64,000 nt of DNA. Source: an uncultured bacterium (GTDB lineage Bacteria; Cyanobacteriota; Vampirovibrionia; Gastranaerophilales; Gastranaerophilaceae). Shown in pieces: positions 57,186 to 64,000 of this stretch (position 1 is the stretch's first letter; every line of letters starts with the position of its first letter). Made by a program: the position numbers and the translations under genes. The notes under the pieces are model-generated. The model saw only the letters and a list, made by a program, of their open reading frames with translations, was not told the origin of the DNA and ran no database searches. The stretch spans positions 21,599 to 85,598 of the forward strand of contig CADBFN010000001.1 of assembly GCA_902794035.1 (NCBI GenBank), in the 5' to 3' direction.

Positions 57186-58547
57186 ATGATAGAAGAACAA
57201 AATATTTTAGAAACCATTAATATGATAAAATTATACAATCTTGATATAAGAACAGTTACACTGGCTCTAAGTTTGAGAGATTGTATATCAGAAGATAATG
57301 ACAGAGTTTGCGAAAATATTTATAACAAAATAAAAAAGTATGCAAAAAATTTGGTATCATATGCCAATGAACTTGCTGATGAGTATTCAATTCCTATAAT
57401 AAACAAAAGGATTTCAGTAACTCCAATTTCACTCATAGGAGAATCCTGCAAAAATCCTGATTACATTAAAATAGCTAAGGCACTTGATGCTGCAGCCAAA
57501 GAAGTCGGTGTAAATTTTGTCGGGGGGTTTAGCGCATTAGTAGAAAAAGGAATGACAAAAGGCGATAATTTGCTAATTGAGAGTATTCCGCAAGCATTAG
57601 CACAAACTCAGAGAGTATGTTCTTCAGTTAATATCGCATCCTCTAAAGCAGGAATAAATATGGACGCCGTTTTAAAAATGGCTAAAACTATTAAAGAATC
57701 TGCAATATTAACAAAAGAACAAGATTGTATAGGAGCCGCAAAACTTGTTGTTTTTTGTAATGTTCCGGGGGATAATCCTTTTATGGCAGGAGCATTTTGC
57801 GGAATTGGAGAACCTGAAGCGGCACTAAATGTTGGAGTTTCAGGTCCTGGAGTTGTCAGAGCCGCAGTTCTGAATCTTAATAAAAATGCAAATATGAGTG
57901 AACTTGCAAACAAAATCAAACAAACTGCATACAAGATTACTTCAACCGGAGAACTTATAGGTCGTAAATTGTCAAAAAGATTAAACATACCTTTTGGAGT
58001 AATAGACTTATCTCTTGCTCCAACACCTGCAGTTGGCGATAGTGTCGCAGGAATTTTTCAGGCAATGGGATTAGAACATGCAGGAGCGCATGGCACCACT
58101 GCAGCACTGGCAATGCTGAATGATGCAGTAAAAAAAGGCGGTATAATGGCAAGTTCTCATGTTGGCGGATTGTCTGGAGCATTTATACCTGTGTCTGAAG
58201 ATGCCGGAATGATTGAGGCTGCACAAAAAGAGTATTTAAATATAAATAAGCTCGAAGCTATGACTTCTGTCTGCTCAGTCGGGTTAGATATGATTGCAAT
58301 TCCGGGTGATACTCCGGATAGCACTATTGCCGGAATGATAGCAGATGAAATGGCTATAGGAATGATTAATAAAAAAACTACAGCTGTTAGGATTATACCT
58401 GCAATAGGTAAAAAAGCAGGTGAAAAGGTTACATTTGGAGGATTACTGGGAGAAGCTCCAATCATGTCTGTTAGCCAATTATCTTCATCAGTTTTCGTTG
58501 AAAGAGGCGGCAGAATACCTGCACCTATACACAGTTTAAATAATTAA
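57186..58547 (+). CDS. UPF0210 (DUF711) family protein
   Basis: 453 aa. The opening [27 protein letters not shown] and overall length match UPF0210 proteins. Confidence 0.7.
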   Translation: MIEEQNILETINMIKLYNLDIRTVTLALSLRDCISEDNDRVCENIYNKIKKYAKNLVSYANELADEYSIPIINKRISVTPISLIGESCKNPDYIKIAKALDAAAKEVGVNFVGGFSALVEKGMTKGDNLLIESIPQALAQTQRVCSSVNIASSKAGINMDAVLKMAKTIKESAILTKEQDCIGAAKLVVFCNVPGDNPFMAGAFCGIGEPEAALNVGVSGPGVVRAAVLNLNKNANMSELANKIKQTAYKITSTGELIGRKLSKRLNIPFGVIDLSLAPTPAVGDSVAGIFQAMGLEHAGAHGTTAALAMLNDAVKKGGIMASSHVGGLSGAFIPVSEDAGMIEAAQKEYLNINKLEAMTSVCSVGLDMIAIPGDTPDSTIAGMIADEMAIGMINKKTTAVRIIPAIGKKAGEKVTFGGLLGEAPIMSVSQLSSSVFVERGGRIPAPIHSLNN

Positions 58548-58558
58548 TCGGAGAACAA

Positions 58559-59065
58559 ATGACAGCAACATTGAATGAAATGGCAAATAAATTACAAACA
58601 TTTATCGTTGAAATGCAAGAAGATGCTCATAACATCTCCGCAATTAATTTGTCTAAATATAATAATATTAAACTTTCAATGGATGAAATAGTTCACTATC
58701 CGCATATAACTATCCGTATCGGCATATCAGAAGCAACATACAGCCTGAAAGATCATTTAAAAACAGAGGGAGGTCTGGGACCTGATGAAAAATATGTGCG
58801 CAAATGGATAGAAAATAGTGCAGTAATATATGAGCTAACTGAAATATACAAAAATTTCAGAGAAAATCTTACAACAGAAGGCAGGCACAATGAATCAGAT
58901 GATTACGCAATTGAAGTAGATGCAAACGGTAAGATAAGAAGAGTATATGAAGCACGAGCCGCTGTAAGAGATGGGCGTTCTTTTGCTAAATCAAAAGAAA
59001 GAAAAGAAAATATTAAAAAAAGTCTTAAAAATTTTTTAAATTCAAAGAAAAGAAAATTCGACTAA
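58559..59065 (+). CDS. Hypothetical protein
   Basis: 168 aa with a GGAGAA SD and a basic C-terminus. Confidence 0.45.
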   Translation: MTATLNEMANKLQTFIVEMQEDAHNISAINLSKYNNIKLSMDEIVHYPHITIRIGISEATYSLKDHLKTEGGLGPDEKYVRKWIENSAVIYELTEIYKNFRENLTTEGRHNESDDYAIEVDANGKIRRVYEARAAVRDGRSFAKSKERKENIKKSLKNFLNSKKRKFD

Positions 59066-60723
59066 GAATTTTTAATACTGTTTTTACTTCTTAATTTTCT
59101 GTGATATGTAATTGCAAACCGGTGTGCTTCATCTCTTATACGCTGAATTAAAAATAAAGCACTTGATTCGCGCGGGAGTAAAATAGATTTAGATTTATTA
59201 GGCAAAAATACTTCTTCTTGTCTTTTAGCCAAACTTACAAAATCAATACCTGTTATTCCCATATCATTTACAACCTTCATTACACTTGAAAGTTGCCCTT
59301 TACCACCGTCAATTATAATTAAATCAGGCTTATCCCAGCCTTTTTCACCCAAACGGGAAAGTCGTCTGGTTAAAACTTCTTTCATTGATAAAAAATCGTC
59401 AGGCTTCCCTTCGGTTGATTTAATTTTAAACTTCCTGTATTCAGATTTTTTACTTAGTCCGTTTATAAATGTTACCATTGAAGCAACGGTATTTGTTCCC
59501 TGAATATGAGAAATATCATAGCATTCCATTCTGTACGGGAAATTATTCAGTTTTAATTTTTCTTTCAAAAATGCACCGATTTGATTAAAATCTTCATTTA
59601 TTTTTGACATTTTAGAAAGTTTTGCATTATTTAGGATTACTGAAGCATTTTTATCCGCAAGTTTCTGTAATTCTTTTCCCTGTGCAGATTTACCATAACT
59701 TATTCTTACATTTTTACCTGAAATTATATTTAACCATTGCTCATACAAAGACTTGTTCCCGACCAGCTCAAGCACATCAGAAACAATTCTGTCAGGAAAT
59801 TCCAAAGACAAAGTGTTGTAATATTCTTTAAAAAATGTTTCAAAATATTCAATTTTATCTTCTGCTTCGACATCAAAAGTAAAATCTTTTTTGTCTATTA
59901 GTCTGCCTTCCCTGATCATCATTATCACAATGACCAAAATCCCATCCTCTTGTGCAAGAGAAATTACATCCTCATTCAATTTTGTATTTTCATAAACAAC
60001 TTTTTGCTTTTCAAGAGTTTTCTGCAAATCAAAATAACTGTCACGAAGTCTTGCAGCCTTTTCAAACTGCAATGAATCAGAATATTTTTGAATTTGTGCC
60101 ATAAGTTGTGCCATGAGTTCATACTGTTTGCCTGATAAAAATAATTCTGCCTGATGCACAACCGCTTTATATTCTTCACTTGAAACAAGCCCCTGACATG
60201 GTGCAAGACATTTACCTATCGAATAATAAAGGCAAGGACGAGATTTGAAACGGGGAGTTTTACATTGTTTGAGCGGGAAAATTTTCTTTAAAAAATCAAG
60301 TGTAGAGTGCATTGCACCGATATTTGTATATGGTCCGTAATATCTGCCTTTTAGTTTATTGATATTACGTTTACGCACAATCTGAATTCGCGGAAAATCT
60401 TCATCAGTTATAAGAAAATACGGATATTTCTTATCATCTTTTAATAAAATGTTATATTTTGGCTTGTGCTTTTTAATTAAATGACTTTCCAAAATCAAAG
60501 CTTCAACTTCGGAATTTGTAATGATGTATTCAAGATGATCAATTTGAGAAACCAAAACATTAACCTTTACACTATCGTGTTTGCGGTTAAAGTATGATTT
60601 CACTCTGCGTTTTAAAATTTTTGCTTTACCGACATAAATAATTTCGTTATCCGAATTGTAATAAATATAACATCCCGGAAGTTCGGGCAGCATTTTTAAA
60701 CTTTCTTTTAGTTTTTCGTTCAT
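59062..60723 (-). CDS. uvrC: Excinuclease ABC subunit C lacking the C-terminal (HhH)2 domain
   Basis: Start trimmed to MNEKLKE (ATG at 60721-60723). GIY-YIG motif (GCYIYYN...IIYVGKA). Ends 10 aa after RDEAHRFAITYHRKLR. Confidence 0.9.
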   Translation of the reverse strand: MNEKLKESLKMLPELPGCYIYYNSDNEIIYVGKAKILKRRVKSYFNRKHDSVKVNVLVSQIDHLEYIITNSEVEALILESHLIKKHKPKYNILLKDDKKYPYFLITDEDFPRIQIVRKRNINKLKGRYYGPYTNIGAMHSTLDFLKKIFPLKQCKTPRFKSRPCLYYSIGKCLAPCQGLVSSEEYKAVVHQAELFLSGKQYELMAQLMAQIQKYSDSLQFEKAARLRDSYFDLQKTLEKQKVVYENTKLNEDVISLAQEDGILVIVIMMIREGRLIDKKDFTFDVEAEDKIEYFETFFKEYYNTLSLEFPDRIVSDVLELVGNKSLYEQWLNIISGKNVRISYGKSAQGKELQKLADKNASVILNNAKLSKMSKINEDFNQIGAFLKEKLKLNNFPYRMECYDISHIQGTNTVASMVTFINGLSKKSEYRKFKIKSTEGKPDDFLSMKEVLTRRLSRLGEKGWDKPDLIIIDGGKGQLSSVMKVVNDMGITGIDFVSLAKRQEEVFLPNKSKSILLPRESSALFLIQRIRDEAHRFAITYHRKLRSKNSIKNS

Positions 60724-60752
60724 AAGGGTATTATAGCATATTTTTAAAACAA

Positions 60753-60801
60753 GCGGGAATTTTGTCATTCTGAATTTATTTCAGAATCTTAAAATTCCCG
60801 C
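60753..60801. repeat. Conserved-core hairpin with outer stem GCGGGAATTTT/AAAATTCCCGC
   Basis: The 38-nt core TTTTGTCATTCTGAATTTATTTCAGAATCTTAAAATTC is identical to 37234-37271. Lies downstream of fabI. Confidence 0.6.
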
Positions 60802-60827
60802 TATGTTAATTAATTTTTAATCAATAA

Positions 60828-61637
60828 TTATAATTCCAGATTATTTGAAAGAATATCCATTTCTTCTGCTGAAGCATATGCACTGTGACAACCGCAATCT
60901 GCATAGATAACTTCACCAGTCATGCCTGAAGATAAATCCGAAGCAAGGAATAAACCTGCTTTACCTACATCTTCCAAGGCAACATTTCTTCCTAAAGGAG
61001 CTCTTGCTACTGCGGCTTTTAGCATTTTTGAAAATCCGCCGATACCCATTGCAGCGAGTGTTTTAACAGGACCTGCAGACAAGCAGTTTACTCTTACACC
61101 TTTTTTACCTAAATCAACAGATAAAAATCTCATTGAAGATTCTAAAGCAGCTTTTGCAACGCCCATTACGTTATAACCCGGAACTGACAATATTGAACCC
61201 AAATATGTCATTGCAAATATTGATCCGCCTTCATTCATAACATTTTCTGCATATTTACAAACAGTTACTAGCGAATAAGCACTGATTCCCAATGCCAAAT
61301 CCCAGCCTGCTTTAGAAGTATCTATAAATCTGCCTGTTAAATCTTCTTTATTTGCGAATGCTACTGCATGAACAACAAAATCCAATTTGCCGTAAACTTT
61401 TTCACATTCATCAAAAACTTTTTTAACATCTTCTTCTTTAGTAACATCACATTCCATAATGATTTTTGCACCAAAATCTTCTGCAATTGGTCTTACACGT
61501 TTTTCCATAGCTTCATTAGCGTATGTAAAAGCGATTTCACCGCCTGCATCATGAATTTGCTTTGCAATACCGTAAGCAATACCGTGAGTATTTGAAACTC
61601 CAAAAATTAAACCTTTTTTACCTTTCATTAAATCCAT
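60828..61637 (-). CDS. fabI: Enoyl-ACP reductase (NADH)
   Basis: 269 aa with the SDR fold, GxxxxxGIA opening and a Y..M...K catalytic region. Confidence 0.93.
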   Translation of the reverse strand: MDLMKGKKGLIFGVSNTHGIAYGIAKQIHDAGGEIAFTYANEAMEKRVRPIAEDFGAKIIMECDVTKEEDVKKVFDECEKVYGKLDFVVHAVAFANKEDLTGRFIDTSKAGWDLALGISAYSLVTVCKYAENVMNEGGSIFAMTYLGSILSVPGYNVMGVAKAALESSMRFLSVDLGKKGVRVNCLSAGPVKTLAAMGIGGFSKMLKAAVARAPLGRNVALEDVGKAGLFLASDLSSGMTGEVIYADCGCHSAYASAEEMDILSNNLEL

Positions 61638-61729
61638 ATTAAGTTCTCCCTAATTTTTATAACAAATTAATTCTAACAAAAAGAAAAAACGAAATCAAAT
61701 CAACCGCATTTTTATAGTACAATTATGAT

Positions 61730-64000
61730 ATGGACATTACGGCTAAAACATATGAAACATTAGAATTTGACAAGATAAAATCCGAAGTTGCCAAATATGC
61801 AAAATTTTGGCAAAGTCAAAATCTTTGCCTGACAATGCCGATATATAATGATACTGAAAAAATTAAGGAACAAATTAAATTAACGGCAGAAGCAAAAAAA
61901 ATTCTTGACCTTGCAAAAGAAACCCCGACCGAATTTATTGCAGATATTGGCAAAATTCAGGCTAACGCTTCTTTATCATATCTAGAGGAGCAAGAGTTGT
62001 TTGATATTGCCAAAACAATGAAGTCATCAAGGTTACTGAAAAAATTTATCAATGAAAATTCTGCTGATGATTTTATTTTAAAGGAAAAAGTCCAAAATCT
62101 TATATCAGATAAAGATACTGAAGACAAAATTTTTGAAACATTTGATGAGAATCTTAGAATACGCCCTAATGCAACTGCAGAATTAAAAGGGCTATATTCT
62201 TCACTAAAAGATACCGAACAAAATATAAGAGATACGGTAAATTCACTTTTAAACAATCCGAATTTTTCAAAATATCTTCAGGACAATATTTATACCCAAA
62301 GAGATGAAAGAATTGTTTTTCAGGTTATTGCATCAAATAAAACTAAAATCCCCGGAATTGTGCATGATGTATCTGCAAGTGCAAAAACATTCTATATTGA
62401 GCCGGCTCAAATTGTTCCATTAAACAACAAAATCAGGGAAGTTAAAGCAAAAATAAGACAAGAATGTATAAAAATTCTTGTATCCTTAACTGATTTAGTC
62501 AAAGGTCGTTTAAAAGAACTTTCTCAATGTGAAAAAATCATGGCAGAAATTGATTTTCATTTCGCAAAAGCAAGATACGCGATAAAATTACAGGCGATTG
62601 AACCCGAAATAATTGAAGAACAATACATATATTTTGAAAATATGAAACATCCGCTTTTACTGTTAAGTAAAGGAGAAGAAGTTGTTTCTAACGATTTTGA
62701 AATAGGTGATAAATTTGGATATAACTCTTTAATTATAACAGGCTCAAACACAGGTGGAAAAACCGTTACACTAAAAACTATCGGGCTTTTTATTCTTATG
62801 ACGAAAGCCGGAATGTTTTTACCTTGTACAAACGCAAAATTATATCCATATGAGAATATTTTTGCAGATATTGGGGATAACCAAAGTATTTTGGAAAATT
62901 TATCCACATTTTCATCACATATGACGAATATAATTGAAATTCTAAACCTATGTAATGAAAATTCTTTTGTTCTGTTTGATGAAATATGCGCAGGCACTGA
63001 CCCTGTTGAGGGTGCAGTTCTAGCCCGCGAAATTCTTAATAAATTAGCACAAAAAAAAGCAACAAGCGTAATAACAACTCACTACGGAGAATTAAAAGCA
63101 CTTGAATTTTCAAATCCGTTTTTCAAAAATGCTTCGGTTGAATTTAATACGGAAACCCTGCAACCGACATACAAACTTTTAATTGGTATTCCGGGCTTAA
63201 GCAATGCTATATCTATAGCGTCAAACCTAGGTTTGGATAAGGAAATAGTCGAAAAAGCAAAACATTCCCTTATAACACAAAAAGACCCTGCAATAGCAGT
63301 TGTTGAAAAGTTACAAAAAACGCATCAGCAATTATCACAAAATCTTGAAAAAGCGCAGGAATTAAAAGAAGATTCTCTGTCAATTAAAAAAGAATACGAA
63401 GAAAATCTTAATCAGGTAAAAAAAGATAAGAAAAAAACCATAAAAAATATTAAAAACAAATTTGATTCCGAAATGATGGAAGCAAGAGCTGAAATAAAAC
63501 AAATTTTAGAAGAACTAAGACAGGAAAAATCAGAAAAAATTGCCCGCAGAGCATATTCAAGACTTGCAAAACTTGAACAAAACTTCCGAAATGATATTGA
63601 TCAGGTTTCAGATAAAGAACAATATATCGAAATTGACTGGGACAAAGTTGTTATCGGAGATGTAGTTATGCTCAAAAACCTGCATCAAAAGGTTACAATA
63701 AAATCATTACCTGATAAAAACAAACGGCTCAGCGTTGATATGGGCAACATTACAATGCAGGTAAAACAAAACGAACTTGCAGTTTTAGACGATAATTACA
63801 AAGAAACAAAGAAAAATCCAATACCCGGGACTTCATTTAAAAAATTTGAGTTGCACAAATATACTATGAGTCAGGAGCTTGATTTAAGAGGTTACAGAGT
63901 TGAAGAAGCTCTTGATGAGGTTGAAAATTACCTTGATAAAGCAAGTTTGGCAAATCTGTCCCCTGTATATATAATTCATGGACATGGAACAGGAGCATTA
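61730..64000 (+). CDS. mutS2: Endonuclease MutS2 (C-terminus beyond the window)
   Basis: Open frame from the ATG at 61730 to the window end (757 codons). Walker A GSNTGGKTVTLKT. The Smr domain begins LDLRGYRVEEAL...IIHGHGTGAL. Absent from the ORF track because there is no stop in the window. Confidence 0.9.
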   Translation, partial: MDITAKTYETLEFDKIKSEVAKYAKFWQSQNLCLTMPIYNDTEKIKEQIKLTAEAKKILDLAKETPTEFIADIGKIQANASLSYLEEQELFDIAKTMKSSRLLKKFINENSADDFILKEKVQNLISDKDTEDKIFETFDENLRIRPNATAELKGLYSSLKDTEQNIRDTVNSLLNNPNFSKYLQDNIYTQRDERIVFQVIASNKTKIPGIVHDVSASAKTFYIEPAQIVPLNNKIREVKAKIRQECIKILVSLTDLVKGRLKELSQCEKIMAEIDFHFAKARYAIKLQAIEPEIIEEQYIYFENMKHPLLLLSKGEEVVSNDFEIGDKFGYNSLIITGSNTGGKTVTLKTIGLFILMTKAGMFLPCTNAKLYPYENIFADIGDNQSILENLSTFSSHMTNIIEILNLCNENSFVLFDEICAGTDPVEGAVLAREILNKLAQKKATSVITTHYGELKALEFSNPFFKNASVEFNTETLQPTYKLLIGIPGLSNAISIASNLGLDKEIVEKAKHSLITQKDPAIAVVEKLQKTHQQLSQNLEKAQELKEDSLSIKKEYEENLNQVKKDKKKTIKNIKNKFDSEMMEARAEIKQILEELRQEKSEKIARRAYSRLAKLEQNFRNDIDQVSDKEQYIEIDWDKVVIGDVVMLKNLHQKVTIKSLPDKNKRLSVDMGNITMQVKQNELAVLDDNYKETKKNPIPGTSFKKFELHKYTMSQELDLRGYRVEEALDEVENYLDKASLANLSPVYIIHGHGTGAL

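Overview
AT-rich (GC judged by eye, not computed), densely coding bacterial chromosomal segment made up mostly of housekeeping genes. These include rpoB-rpoC1-rpoC2, where beta' is split into gamma and beta' halves as in cyanobacteria and plastids and rpoC2 carries a ~650-aa trigger-loop insertion. There is a ribosomal/alpha-operon block infA-rpmJ-rpsM-rpsK-rpsD-rpoA-rplQ-truA-rplM-rpsI, plus ruvB, pheS, rseP, ribF, ispF, kdsA, fabI, uvrC, a partial mutS2, nupC, bioY, rimI and pgeF. A trimeric NuoE/NuoF-like plus [FeFe]-hydrogenase operon (hydCBA) and fixCX are present, along with diderm-envelope genes (kdsA, skp, a ShlB/FhaC-type barrel, a GT8 transferase) and one tRNA-Arg(UCU). Split rpoC, cyanobacterial-type r-protein/truA synteny, a fermentative hydrogenase and no photosynthesis genes together suggest a non-photosynthetic cyanobacterial sister lineage (Melainabacteria/Vampirovibrionia-like); this is inference only. 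I recognised no transposase, integrase, phage, CRISPR or canonical defence genes. The unusual content is mainly non-coding. (1) A promoter, SD, 16-codon His-rich leader ORF and mutually exclusive 12-bp antiterminator/terminator helices lie upstream of an uncharacterised 418-aa membrane protein. (2) Two tRNA-Arg-derived pseudo-units sit in tandem with the real tRNA, each with a ~95-nt GC-rich insert at the same T-loop position. (3) There are four short-repeat families: GTAG-headed REP hairpins, inverted arrays of 4 x heptamer nnGTGAr flanking rpoB, a conserved-core hairpin with compensatory changes, and a GC-rich ~80-bp palindromic element with one copy inserted in frame inside pgeF. (4) Long GC-rich structured spacers occur inside the r-protein operon. 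Coding oddities are a MotA/MotB (ZorAB-like) pair outside any flagellar context, an orphan TpsB barrel, a UvrC lacking its HhH domain, and a pilin-like protein with a degenerate prepilin signal.
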